This document shows, piece by piece, positions 1 through 12,000 of a stretch of DNA of 64,000 nt (position 1 is its first letter; each line of letters opens with the position of its first letter). Below the pieces are notes generated by a model, which searched no databases, had not been told where the DNA came from, and was given only the letters and a program-made list of their open reading frames with translations. Source of the DNA: Vitrella brassicaformis CCMP3155 (lineage: Eukaryota > Protista > Chromerida); assembly GCA_001179505.1 (NCBI GenBank), contig CDMY01000304.1, positions 1-64,000 of the forward strand, written 5' to 3'. Made by a program: the position numbers and the translations under genes.

Positions 1-765
1 GGCCGCCACCGTGCTGACAGCGACAAGCCCGACTTCCGCCCCATCCGCCGCACATCGTCCCGCACCAAGGGTCTCAAGGAGAACGACGGCCCGTACCACC
101 CGTCCAAGGGCGGGTCGCCGTCCAGCAAGCGGGGCCGCAGCAACGGCAGGGGGCGGGGCGTGGGCAAGGGCAAGATGACGCCGGGAGACAAGGGCATGAA
201 GGACATGCAGGCCATGTATGGCGGCGGCTTCATGGGCTACGGGTTCGACTCCAACATGGTCGTGGCTGGCGTCCCCCTCAACAACACTGGTGGCGGGGAG
301 CAGCTCGGCCTCCCCACCCCAATCCAAGGCATCCCCGTACACACACCCGGCAACCCCACCACCTCCTACGCCGCTTATGGAGTCGACCCCACAGCATACT
401 ACTACCACCACACCGGCGCACAGGGATACCCCTGGGGCGCTCCAGGCGCCGCACCACCGGGCGCCGACGCAGCAGCGGCTGCTGCTGCTTGGGGGCAACA
501 TGAGGCCTACCACGCCGCTGCCATCGCTGGGGAGGGGGGCGAGAAGGAGGGGGGTAAAGAGGCGGCTCCGGCTGGTGCTCAGGCGGCTGGCGGTGAGGGT
601 ATGCCGCTGCATGCTGTCGAGGGCGAGATGAAGCCTGAGGAGCATGCCGCCGCACAGCAGCAAGGGCCACCGGAGGCCAAGCTGGAGAGCGAGTCCGAGC
701 GGCCGCAGGAAGGTGCGGCGCCACTGACTACGGAGGAGGGGCAGCCGAATGGGGAGGAGGCGTGA
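1..765 (+). CDS. 3' end of a gene entering from the left; low-complexity G/A/P/E-rich C-terminus, function unknown
   Basis: Frame 1 is open from base 1 to TGA 763-765 with GC3-rich codons (SDKPDFRPIRRTSSRTKGLKENDG...). An (AACT)n tract follows the stop. No domain recognised. Confidence 0.7.
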   Translation, partial: GRHRADSDKPDFRPIRRTSSRTKGLKENDGPYHPSKGGSPSSKRGRSNGRGRGVGKGKMTPGDKGMKDMQAMYGGGFMGYGFDSNMVVAGVPLNNTGGGEQLGLPTPIQGIPVHTPGNPTTSYAAYGVDPTAYYYHHTGAQGYPWGAPGAAPPGADAAAAAAAWGQHEAYHAAAIAGEGGEKEGGKEAAPAGAQAAGGEGMPLHAVEGEMKPEEHAAAQQQGPPEAKLESESERPQEGAAPLTTEEGQPNGEEA

Positions 766-1821
766 AGTGAACAAAACACCAAACATAACATGCACAGTCA
801 GTACACATGCCTAACTAACTAACTAACTAACTACTGTCTTCTGACCGTCCCTGCACACACACACGTACTCGTAGGCAGCTGGATGGATGGATGGGTGGTC
901 GACTGACTGTCTGATCGCTTTCTTTTGTGGCTGGCTGGCCGGCTGGCCGAATGTCTGTCCAGTGCCTGGATTGGTCTGCGCCCGCTGCTTGTGTGTCGGG
1001 CGGGGCTGAAGAGTTTTCTTTTCTGGCGCTGGGTGGGCGGCCGGCCGGCTGACCATGTAAGTATTTTTTACCAACACGAAGACCACGAAGACCTCACTGT
1101 GTGGGTGGGTGGGGGAGAGACTGCCTGCACAGAAACGTCGATCGCTCCTTGTCGCACACTAACGGTGATAGCTCTGCTTCTGGCTGGCTTGTCGTACGTG
1201 ACGGACAGATGAGGCGGGCAACCCACACCCAAACATACACCACACACCACGCACGGATCACCACCGTGTGCCTGTCTGCTGTCCAGAACAGTCTGCCGTT
1301 TTGTTTTTGTGAAGAACCGTTGTGTGCGTGTCGAACGAGTGGATGGATGGATGGATGGCTGACTGACTGGCGGAATGTCTGTCGATGGTGTGGCCTGCCT
1401 TCTCCCGGTGTGTGCGTGTAAGATAAGCTGACCTGACTTGACCTGACCGCACCTCCTCGCTCTGACTCGCTTGGTACTCACCCTCTCTCTCATGCCATCC
1501 ATCCATCTATTGGACACAGAGGACACTCTCGCACTTTTGGTCACAAAGGACCTTAGTGCGACCATTCACCCACCCGACGCCCATGGACTCTCTAACCAGA
1601 CCTGATAGGTGAAGCCTGTCGTCTCTTGCGTGTGTGTGTGTGTGTGCAGCTGTATGAGACTGCTCGTTGCATCTATGTGTACATTCCTCAATCACTCAAT
1701 CCCGAAAGTTCTTGCCAAACAAAAGGTGCGCACCTTCAGCCATCTCGCGCTTTTAGCAGAGCACAGGGAACAAACATCTTGGCCGCCGTGACTGTACGGA
1801 TGTAAATTTCCTCGACGACAT

Positions 1822-4346
1822 ATGGAAATGGTTGTTGTTGGCCTCGTGGTCGCCCTGTTGGCCTTCCTGGGAGTATTAGCAACCTCAGAGGACCCCTCAG
1901 TCGAGATCTCCACCGGGCCAGACACCGCTGTCACCTACATCGGCACCTGCATACCGCAAAATGGCGTGGGCGACGACGAGAGCGGCGTCGACGCCTACCT
2001 GGGCATCAAGTACGCCGACGCGCCTCGCTTCACCGCCCCCTCCACCCTCCTGCCGAAACAAGGCGATGACCTCACGATCGACGCCACGCAGCTCGGCCCT
2101 GCCTGCATCAGCCTCTGTGGAAAGATCAACCAGAGTCCCTTCTTCTGCGGGGACATCGAGAGCGCGGTGGAAGACTGTCTGTTCCTCAACGTGTGGGTGC
2201 CACGCAAGGCCGCCGCCGAGGCGAAGCAGAAGAACCAGACGCTCCCGACGATCGTTATCAATGTTGGCGGAGGCTTCTACACGGGAAGCGCCACTGCCCC
2301 TTTCAATGATGGAGCTGCGTTAGCGCTCGGCACCAGCTCGGTTGTGGTCAATTACGGGTATCGGCTTGGGGTCTTCGGCTTCCTCTTCTTGCCGCCCGCT
2401 ATCGAGGGCAACTTCGGCTTCTTGGACTCTATTGCTGCACTCCACTGGACGAGCGAGCTCATCGAGGTGGGCAACAACAGGCAACCACGTGTGTCAGTCA
2501 GTCATCAGTGATGATCGTTCTGCTGTCGTTCTGCCCACTTTCAGAACTTCGGTGGCTCGTCCGAGTTGACTTTGTGGGGCTTTTCTGCGGGAGCAACCCT
2601 CATCAGCTGCCACCTGGTCTCTCCTTTGATCGAGGAGCTTGGCATTAGCATCAAGAACGCCATCCTCACCTCATCGAGCTACGGGCTGCCCTTCAACTCA
2701 CCCGACCAAGCAGAGAAGTTCTCGTCATTGGCCCTTTCAGTGGTGGGTTCGTGCAGCCGCGGTGACTTTGACGATGCCGAGGCGTATGCCGATTGCCTCA
2801 GGAATGCCCCGCTGAAGGAGATTGCGCAGTCCAATTCGATCAACTACCTGGCGCAGGTAGTGACCGACTTCTTTAAGTTGACGGAGGCCATCACGCCCGT
2901 CCCTGACGGGCATGTTATTCCGCGAGAGTGCTACCAGTCCCTGCTAGATGTGAGCAGCACTCGCATGACATGACAAGGCAGACCAGTACATGGGCTGGTT
3001 CTCTGGGCTTGTGTGCAGGGTGAGGGTCTGCAGGTGCCACTGATCCTCACTACTACCAACAATGAGGGGACGCCATTCATCCGGCAGGCACTCACCGTCG
3101 TCGACAGCGTGGCCAAGGTGGTGACGCCCCTCATCACCAACCCCGTCACATACACCAGCCTTATCATATCGCTCTTTGGCGTCAAGAGAGGCCTGGTCAG
3201 CCAGCTGAACAGAAGAAACGACAACCGTCACTTCAGCGCATCACTCGCTCTCCGTCTGTCTGCTTTCAGGACGTGCTCAAGCTGTATCCCCCTCTCGGCA
3301 ACCCAGGTGCCCCCGGCGAGCCATCCGGCAGCTTGCCAAAGCCGTCAGATCCCGATGCAGGCAGCTCTTTCTCATCGGCGTTCGGTGACTACATCTACAG
3401 CTGCCCCGCACGGCCACTCTGCGGCTTAAGGGACAACTGCTACCTGGGTTACTTTGATGCCGGCTTCTCATCCAGCCGGTCGCCATCCCTTGCAGACGAG
3501 GTGGACGCGTCGCTGGGGGGCACATATCGGGAGTTCTGCCAGCCAGACGATGTGAGGTGTCATCTGGAGGAGCAGCCGTGGATGCTGCAGAGTGCAGGCA
3601 TCTTCTTGGAGGACGACAATGGGGAGCGGTTCAAGTACACGGACGCTGAGCTGGAGGCACTTGAGGTGTTTTGGGCATACATACGGAATTTCATCAACAG
3701 CGACGATCCCAATAACGGGGAGGAGGTGCCTGAGTGGAAGGACTATTTTTTCAGCGCCGACGGCGATGACCCCTTCCAGGCGCTCGCCGTGATTGACGGC
3801 GATGTGAAGGCCAAAACGTCTCCAGGATTCAAACAGGAAGTCTGCAACCTATGGGACTCGATCGACCCACGGTGAGGGACCCACAGAGACGACTTGTTTG
3901 GCCACATGACGCTTGTTTGTGTGCGTGTGTGTAGGTACTCGGTCTCATGGAAGAACCTGCCTTCAGCCTTCAGCCTCTTTGAGGATGAGCAGCCGCCCGT
4001 CGCCTCCACACCACCACGCCTGCATTGTGTCGGCCACCGGGCCCTCTCCCCCGCCGTCAAAGAGACATGGAGGCAGGCGATAAGGGAAGACCCCGTCCCG
4101 ACAGGAATGGGTCTCTCTCTCGTCAACGACTTCTTTTGCGAGGCCGCTGACAGCGAAAGGGAAGGCGAGACAGAGTCTTCCACCAACGACCGCGAGCCAC
4201 CGTCTGAAGAGTTTCTGTCAGTCGTCAAGGTTATTGAGGAGCAGCGGGCAAGGGAGAGGGCGCGATGGGATCGTGCGGTGTCGATTGATGACACTGCAGG
4301 CTTGGAGGTTGAGGCGCTGATGAAACAGTATGGCTTCTTTCGGTAG
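1822..4346 (+). CDS. Secreted type-B carboxylesterase (alpha/beta hydrolase), 5 exons
   Basis: Signal peptide MEMVVVGLVVALLAFLGVLA; EDCLFLNVWVP signature; GGGFYTGS oxyanion loop; NYGYRLGVFGFL; GNFGFLD; nucleophile GFSAG (Ser codon 2584-2586); acid TTTNNEG; His in RCHLEE. GT-AG exons about 1822-2466, 2545-2949, 3019-3195, 3270-3871, 3935-4346, all phases consistent. Confidence 0.92.
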
Positions 4347-5185
4347 CCTATTTGGTCTGGCCGATGGTAGGGTGCTGTGTCCCCCCAATGAATGCATGTG
4401 CTTTGGACTTGCCAGCCGGGGTGCGTTCGTGCTGTCTGCCTGCCTACCTGCCTGTCTTCTGCCTGACTACGTACTTGGGCTCACATCACATATCACATAC
4501 ACGTACACCTTTTGCCGATTTCTTGAAGGATTTGTCTTTGGCCTGGCTGCCTGGCTGCTTGTCTGTGCCTGTGCTCGCGTAGATCGGTGTGAATCGTGTC
4601 ATTGTACTCATTGCATTGGCCCCTTGACGTCTCTCAGAGAGGGAGAGCATTGGCTGGACAGACAGAGGAGTGGATATGTGCGGAGACAAGTGCGAAGATG
4701 AAGGAAACTGGATTGAGAGTATCCGACTTCACTGTGTCAGCAAGCGCAATATATATTGAGCAAACGTTTCGTGAATAGGTCTGTCTGTCCACGTATCAAT
4801 GCACTCACTGTCCACACACAGGAGAGAGAACACTGCTAGCAAGTCCATCATCGCACATGCACCGCCAGAAAGGCAGGCACATGCTGGCAGAAGGCAGGGA
4901 AAGTACGCTAAGACGCAGAGCATCCATCCCATCACACCATAGGCAAAAAGCCTTGCAGACTCGCATCCATCCATTCCGTGAGCCATCCAGCCATTGCAGA
5001 CCGCTGCGTAGCGTCTCTCTCTCTCTCTTTCTCTCTCTCTCTGCCGTTTCTGAGCGTGTGGATGACCCGCATCAAAAAGCGGCGTGGCTTGGCATTTCTC
5101 CCCTCCCTCTATGTACATCCATCCATTCATCCATCCATCCATGCCTTCCCTTCCCGTGTATGTCTCTGTCTCTCTCTTGTATGGG

Positions 5186-5583
5186 TCAGTTGAGAGGTCG
5201 CACTGGGCCCTGGCACTGGCGTCGGAGGAGCCTCCCGCACAGGCGGCTGACGGCGGCTCTGGGCGTGTCGTCCTCCTCCGGCTTGATCATCGCCAGGATG
5301 CTCTCCCCCATGGCCTTGCGGACAATGGGCGGAATGGGCACCTCCTCGGGCCTGTCGGTGGATAGAAACAAAGGATGCATGCGCATGCAATGATGACAAA
5401 TCCCTTCTGCAATGAGAGCATGAGCGCAGGGTGCGCGCGATGCCGTGCTTACCGAGGTGTCCGCTTGTAGGCGGGGCGATAGTACGTCGGGATGATGAAG
5501 TGGTCGTGGGCTTCGGCGTCGTCGAGCAGCTGAATGCCCGGCACCCACAGCGACAGACGGCTGCCGCTGACGCGAGTCGACAT
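5186..5583 (-). CDS. Small two-exon hypothetical protein (~98 aa)
   Basis: MSTRVSGSRLSLWVPGIQLLDDAEAHDHFIIPTYYRPAYKRTP, then CG|gtaagc...acag|G restores Arg and continues PEEVPIPPIVRKAMGESILAMIKPEED...PLN*. The splice phase is consistent; no homolog recalled. Confidence 0.5.
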
Positions 5584-5873
5584 GGGACGTCGAGTGGTGA
5601 CTTTGCACTGAAAAGAAGAAGCGGAAAGCGTCTCAGCGACGAAGGCAGGGGCAGGCTCGGCTCTGCTCTCGAAGAAAAGCTCCGGGTGGTTTTTCGACCC
5701 AGCTCGCACTTGAGCTTGCAGGTTGAGGCCAATCTCCCCGAGAGAGAGAGCTTCACAGGAGCAGCGAAGCGACGCAGAGTGCGGCATCTGTAGATATCGA
5801 TCAAATCAGCGCCCATTCACTCATCCCATCTCCTCGCTGCTTCCCTCTCTGACCCTGGAGCAGCGCATCAGCC

Positions 5874-8350
5874 ATGAAGGCATCGGCGCCCAGCAGCAAA
5901 GCAGACGGCATCCACAAACAAGCAGATCAAGCATCACCAAGTAAGACGAGTGGCCGGCCGATGCTGCTCAACGTGGGCGGCTTCGTCATGGCGTCCCTTG
6001 TCATGTGCTGCTGCGCGAGGGGCTGCGGGACACCTGCCTGGCGGTGCTGCTGAACCGCTTCGACAGCTGGATGATCACAGACGACAATCGCATTCACTTT
6101 GTTGATGCCGACCCCTTCTACTTCATCTGGTGAGGGGGAGGGAAGAGCAACACACTGGCTGACAGGCAGCAGCACTCGCCGTGTGTGTGTTCGGGTTGGC
6201 TGTCAAGCTTCGTTACCTGAGCTGCAACCGCATCGACGTGAGTGACATCATCGAGGGCTGCCCCGCACTGGCCTTCTACCACGACCGCTTCTTCGCCAAG
6301 ACGGCCGCTAGCATCGAGCCGCAGCACGGCGACCATGACAGCGAGGCGTTCCGTGGCTTCATGGCCGTCATGGGGCCATTCATCAGCTCATCGGTGGCGG
6401 GCGGGGCGGGCGGCAGTGAGGTGCTGAGTGTGCCTGTGGCGGATGGTGGTGTGGTGGCCACGACCGACGCGACGCTGGCTGACTACAGCATACTGCACGA
6501 CCGATTCATCAAGTAGGGCTACAGGCGGAGATGAGATGGCGTGGTGGTCATCTTTGCACTCCGTGTGTGTGTGTGTGTGTGTGTGTGCAGGTATGGGCCC
6601 GTCGCGGATGTGTCGGCAGACACCTTCCACAAGTAAGACAACCACAGCCAGACGGCACACGAAATCTCCATGTGTGTGTGCTGTGGCAGAGTGGTGGATT
6701 ACGTTCGCCGCATTCGGCTGGCCCCCGACGCCGCCACGCCGCTGCCGACGAGCAGTTGGCCTGACGAGCTGCTGTATGCCTGTGACATGTATGGCCTCAT
6801 GGAGCGGGTGTATCTCTCAATGATCGGCAAATCGCACAGCCACATCAAATGCCTCTTCAAGTGAGTCACAACACACATTAGAGGGGCGCAGGAGGGAGAT
6901 GCCATTTTTTGATTTGGATGCCTTTGTGTGTCAGGAGTTCGCTGCATGGTGGAGAGTTCGGCACTCTGGTAGAGCGAGTGGCGGGTGTGAGCGGCCTGCT
7001 GTTCGTCGTCGAGGACGAGAAGCAGCACACCATCGCCAGCCACATCGACGGGCCCCTCATCCCCCCGGCTGACCCCACATCGACGCTGCTCACCGGCTGC
7101 CCCGTGACCCTCTACTCCATCGGTGGTCCATTTGAGGAGGGCGGCATCGCCAAGCTCACCGTGCCGCACAGCTATCAGTGGGTGGAGGTAGCCGGCGTAG
7201 AGGGGGCGGTGAAGGACCACGAGGGTCTGCCCTGGGGCAAGGTGTGCACCGCTGGCGGCCGCCTGTGCCTGGGGTTATGCAAGGACGGGCCGACTGATGA
7301 CGTCACCTGCTGCAGTCATTGGGTGGGGAGGCATGAGCTGCCCGACGACAAGACGTACGTGGGGACCTTCAGCGAGCAAAAAGATCCCACCCTGGCCGCC
7401 AGCCACTACTTCACCGCCCAGCGACTGGAGGTCTACCAGGTCAGACCGACATCAAGTCGATGGCATGTCCGTGTGATAATATGAGTCTGTGTCTATGTGT
7501 GTGTCTGTATAGGTGTGGACGACTCTTCCGGCCGACCCCATTCTCCCCGACGATGAGCTGCAGGCCCTCATCGACAGGACCCGCGACATAGGGATGACCG
7601 CACAGCTGCTGTACAAGTGAGTGAGGCATTGAAGAGCCGGGGGCCGTGGTCGTATCATCGTATCCCTCTCCTGTCTGTCCGGCTGTGTCAGGGGCGAGCG
7701 TGACGGCTGGGCCCACGAGACCATGCTGGCCAAGGTGGGCGAGGCGGCCAACCTGCTGATGCTCTTCAAAGACACCGGCAGTCACACCTTCGCCTGCCAC
7801 ATCGAGGGACAGCTCAAGCAGCCGGCCGACCCCATCGGAATGGAGAGGACAGACTGCCGAGTGACCTTCTACTCCATCAGTGGCGCATTTGAGGAGGGCG
7901 GCATCGCCAAGATTTCCGTGCCACAGAACAAGCAGTGGGTGGTAGTCGCTGGCACAGAGGGGGCGGTGGTGGGCAACAAGGGCGGCGGCAGCAAGGTGTG
8001 CATCTGTTGCGGGCGCTTATGGCTGGGTTACGGGGATGATGGGCAGCCGGCCGGCGACCTCCGCAGCTGCTGCCAGGTGGTGGATAGGAGTCAGCTGCCC
8101 GACGACAAGACGTACGTGGGCAAGATGAGCAAGCAGGGCCGGGCCACCCTGGCTGCCAGCCACTACTTCACACGTGTCGATTTGGAGATCTACACACTGC
8201 AGGTCAGATGAGAAAGGGAGGAAGCGGAAGCACATGGGTGTTTCGCCCACGCTGATCGCCCTGCTGTTCCTGTCTACCTGTGTTCAGGTGCCGGATGGCT
8301 GGCAGTGGCCGAGTGCGGTGGCGGATATCATGCTCTCACAATCGCCGTGA
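5874..8350 (+). pseudogene. BTB/KCTD-type (x2) + TLDc (x2) protein with a frameshift and a damaged splice acceptor
   Basis: BTB start LLNVGGFVM and ...DNRIHFVDADPFYFIW; second BTB-like unit ...VVDYVRRIRL...ACDMYGL; two TLDc-like domains (KSSLHGGEFGTLVERV...LEVYQ and LLYKGERDGW...LEIYTL). Frame break at ~5991; acceptor reads GG at 6193-6194. Confidence 0.75.
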
Positions 8351-8900
8351 GCGAGAGCTGTCGAGGGGCGGAGGGGAGCGGGGCGAGTAGCAAGTGAGTG
8401 CATTAGCATAGTCGACAGGGGCGGGAACGTCTGCCATCGCCTATAATTATGCTCGCATGTGTCCATACCGTCCGTCCTCTGTATGTATTTGTCTATCGTC
8501 CGTCTAGTGTGGGCATACATATCGGCGGACATACGTGCAGTGAATGTGAGTGAATGCGTGTCACGCTGCGTGTCATTTATCGCCTCGTGTGCTACATGTC
8601 ACAATGTGTTTTGTCGCTACATATGGCTGTTAATGCGTCCGCCTCTTTTATTCATCGTCTTGCTTGGTCCACGCATGTGGTCTCTCCCATCTGGTGCATC
8701 GATTCGCTGCATGGTCGCCACATGTCCCGACTCTCCATCTCGTCTCACGAGGCTGCGATGAATCAATCGTTCTCGTCCATCATCCGAACCGTTGAGTCCG
8801 CTGGAAAAAGCTGCCTGGTGGCCCCATTTGCTGGCCCCCTCAGAAGTATTGTCTACGGGAGAGGAAGATAGTGGACACAGACTCTTCAGCTCACCTTCGC

Positions 8901-8909
8901 AAGTTCGCA
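8901..8909 (-). promoter_or_regulatory. Variant of the recurrent upstream motif (AAGTTCGCA = TGCGAACTT)
   Basis: One mismatch from TGCGAGCTT; ~100 bp upstream of the TMEM138 ATG (9009). Confidence 0.3.
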
Positions 8910-9008
8910 GAGGGCCTCAAGCGTCGAGATCTGTCGATTCGGGCCAGAGGCATCCATTTACTGCAATCTCTGCCTCTCATTCGCGTCTGTCGTTTCTCCC
9001 CCATCATC

Positions 9009-9723
9009 ATGGCCGCCAGTGGGAGTGGCCTCGCGCTGAAGATGGGCGTGATGTACCTTCTGCTGGTGGGGGACGCCATCATCAACACAATCTTCGAGCA
9101 CGAATGGAACGACCACACACACCTCACGGCACTCATATGGTACGTCTGGACGGATTGATGGATGGATGGATGGATGGGCGGTGGGTGGTTGTTTGTGTGT
9201 GTTTGGTGCGCTGACCGTGCAGCACTCAGGTGTCGGTTCGGCTCCTGCTGCTGGTGTGGTTTCTGGTGCTGCTGGCGCCGACCTTTTTGCTGCGGTGGGG
9301 CCTCACTCTTGTGGCGCTGAGGGACTTCATGCCCCTGTGCGTCACATGGGCGGCCTCCATCGTCTTGACACTCGCATTCAGAATACCCAGAATGGTATGC
9401 AGTTGAGAAGGAGAAGAGGGAGGGGTTTGCCGGGCTTTGCTTCTTGTCTGAGTGTGTCTCAGCAAGGTTACGGAATGGACTACTTCCTTGACGGCTGGAC
9501 GTACCGAATCTTCCTCGTACTTCACACATTCGGTACGCGCAGCGAAAGGCACTCAGTCAGGCAGCACATATGGTGGGGGTGTGTGTGCGTGTTGGATGCC
9601 TGTGCAGCGTCTGTGGGTCTGTACGTGGTGTGTCTGTGGAGCTGCATGCGGCTGGCGAGACCCCACTACTACCTGCCCCACCTGTGGAACAAACAGGGCA
9701 AACGGGGCGGGCAGTCACGGTAG
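9009..9723 (+). CDS. TMEM138: TMEM138-family ciliary membrane protein, 4 exons
   Basis: Spliced product LLLVGDAIINTIFEH...LLAPTFLLRWGLTLVALRDF...ASVGLYVVCLWSCMRLARPHYYLPHLW matches the recalled TMEM138 pattern (YDLFVNSF...NTFVFQAGL...AAVLY...VRLGDPHFY...LW). Exons about 9009-9139, 9223-9393, 9463-9532, 9608-9723. Confidence 0.8.
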
Positions 9724-10110
9724 GTAGAGTGTTGCTTGCGACGCTGTGATGCACATGCTGTTCATAGTACACGGCGTTAAACCACACTGGCAAAACCGCA
9801 CAGTGCAGTCGTTTCTGTGGGTGCACCTGGTCAGTCACGGGCAAGTCCCACAGCGAGCAGTGTGCAGCCTCAAAACACCAGCTGCACTCAACACGTCCAT
9901 CTGGTACGCAGTGGTGTCTGTGGCTCTGCCGCCTTCCCCGAAGCACTGTGCGAGAGGTTCATCGCCACACAGCACTGCCGAGAAAGATGACGAGTCACAG
10001 GCCACCACCGTGCACAAGAACGGACACCGACTGCATTCAGACTCCAATGAACGAACGCATCCCTTCCTCCCTCCCTCCCTCCCTCCCTCCCCGCACACAC
10101 ACACAATCGG

Positions 10111-11104
10111 CTACGAGTAGAACATCTTGGCGAAGAGGCTGTCATGACTGGCCTGGCAGTACTCCACCAGCGGATACACACAGTGGGCCTGGCAAACAGC
10201 AATGCCTTCACTCATCCTCACTGCCTGCCGGATGGGGTCTCGCAGCGCCGCCTGCAGCCGCTGGGCGTTGAGGGGGCCGGTGAGCGAACCCTCGCGCACC
10301 GCGGCAGACAGTGCGGTTCGGGATGAAGCGAACAGGTAGCTCTGAAACGACACACACCACACACACATAAAAATCGTTTGTGTGTGAGTGTGGGTGGGTG
10401 GGTGTCTCGGTCACTGACCTCCATTGTGTCGGTGAGTGGTACACCGAGTGCTCGGCAGACGGCCCCCCACAGGATGGGGAAGTGGCCGTCGAGCTGCCCT
10501 GTCGCCACGGCTGCGTCAAGCCCACTCAGCGAGACCCCACTACACGACGCATCTGACACTCACACACAAAGCAACACCACATCACGCCGCTTGTGTGCCA
10601 ATTCCCTCCCTCCCTCCCTGCCTGCCTGTCATGTCACCGACCTCCAAATGCGGCCACAACGCTTCCGATGAGGCCCCTGCCCTGCTTGACGCTCGCACGG
10701 GAAGCGACGTGGTTGTGGCTGCAGGCCTTCCACTCGGCCTCCAGCACACACAGCGACGCCATAGTGTGGCCACACCTGTAGGCCTCGCGGACGAAGGGCA
10801 GGTGGAGCGACGCTACGTTGCTGACCGACTGCAGGAGGAATGAGTGTAGGGGGGTGGGAGGGGGAGAGGGGGAGGGGGGAGGGGCTGTCTGTTTGCCGGA
10901 GGGGACCAGGCCCAGCTGAATGGACGCCTCGAGACCTGATGGACAACCAAGTCGGTCAGATGGCTATTTGCTTCCATTCGCTCCCTCTCGTCTGTGCGTA
11001 CCGTTGCTGTGCGAGAATCCGCCCACAGGGAATGCTGAATCGACCAACTGCAGCAAGGTGAGCAGCGTTGCTGCCCCCCGCTCTTCATCAACAACACTGC
11101 CCAT
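10111..11104 (-). CDS. UREF: Urease accessory protein UreF, multi-exon
   Basis: LLQLVDSAFPVGGFSHSN|GLEASIQLG; SVSNVASLHLPFVREAY; NHVASRASVKQGRGL; GHFPILWGAVCRALG; SYLFASSRTALSAAVR...GPLNAQ; C-terminal QASHDSLFAKMFYS*. These are the eukaryote-type UreF motifs, in order. The exon 2/3 junction is uncertain. Confidence 0.9.
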
Positions 11105-11207
11105 TGCCGCCACCGCCAACAACGCCGATGACAAGCCGACCCACGCAGAATAGAACAAACGACGCCTCTGCCTCTCTGCTGGGTTGCTGGGGGTTGGCTT
11201 CGCTCGC

Positions 11208-11765
11208 TCAATAAAACCGAGCGAGTCTGTCCACCTCTTTGAACTCGCTGGTGATCTTGGTGGCCTCCCACGCAGTCGCAAGCTCTTTGTATTCTTCCTC
11301 GAGCCTCTTAGCCTTGACCTTCTTGATGTACTCGTACTCTGCAGGGACAGTCGCACACAACACAGCCAGACCACAGACAGCTGCAGCGCGTCTTTGGGTG
11401 GTGTGTCGGTGGCGCGCCGTTCTCACGGTCAATGACGCGGTCCACTTGGTTGTCCTTATTCCAGAAGACCTGACACACACACACTCACACGCGCCGATGG
11501 ACATAAGTGATTTGGCCACGCCCTCCCTCCCTCCCTCCCTCCCTCCCCCTCTCCCTGCCCTCACCGTCTTGAGGAAGTAGCCCCAAAGCAGGCAATAGCC
11601 GACGATCACCGCTGTGTATGTGTTGCCGAGTGTGTTCTTGAAGTCCATACGCGACCACGAGTACTCATTCTTGCCGCGGAAGCGAAGACCAGGGCGCTGC
11701 TTGGGAGCCCAGAAGTTGCCCTGGCTGATCTTCCCAAAACTCTGCTTCCGGCCGTTCTGCCACAT
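11208..11765 (-). CDS. Small single-pass membrane protein (~125 aa) with basic N-terminus and coiled-coil C-terminus, 3 exons
   Basis: MWQNGRKQSFGKISQGNFWAPKQRPGLRFRGKNEYSWSRMDFKNTLGNTYTAVIVGYCLLWGYFLKT|VFWNKDNQVDRVID|QYEYIKKVKAKRLEEEYKELATAWEATKITSEFKEVDRLARFY*; both splice phases are consistent. Confidence 0.7.
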   Translation of the reverse strand: MWQNGRKQSFGKISQGNFWAPKQRPGLRFRGKNEYSWSRMDFKNTLGNTYTAVIVGYCLLWGYFLKTVRAGRGGGREGGREGVAKSLMSIGACECVCVRSSGIRTTKWTASLTVRTARHRHTTQRRAAAVCGLAVLCATVPAEYEYIKKVKAKRLEEEYKELATAWEATKITSEFKEVDRLARFY

Positions 11766-12000
11766 CACCGTCACACCATGCCGCAATATCGCCGCTCACA
11801 CCATTCCAGGCGGTTTCATGCAGCGCCCTAAGCGGCAAGAAGGGAAGGCCCCTCCGTGTTTCGCCTGTGCTGTTCGAGAAGAAGAGAGCGCCCCAGGTCC
11901 AGGTGAGATCTTATCTGAGTTTTTGCGCACAAAACGCTGCAGCTGTGTTTTGGTCTGATTGCAGTGGTTCTCTGGCGTGCTGCCGGGAGAGATCTTGCCC

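Noticed and set aside
3894-4346. ORF 3894-4346 as a separate gene
   Set aside because: Its start is intronic; it splices in phase onto the carboxylesterase.
5985-6005. Programmed ribosomal frameshifting in the BTB genes (also 51538)
   Set aside because: No slippery heptamer or obvious stimulatory structure; a second lesion in the same gene favours decay.
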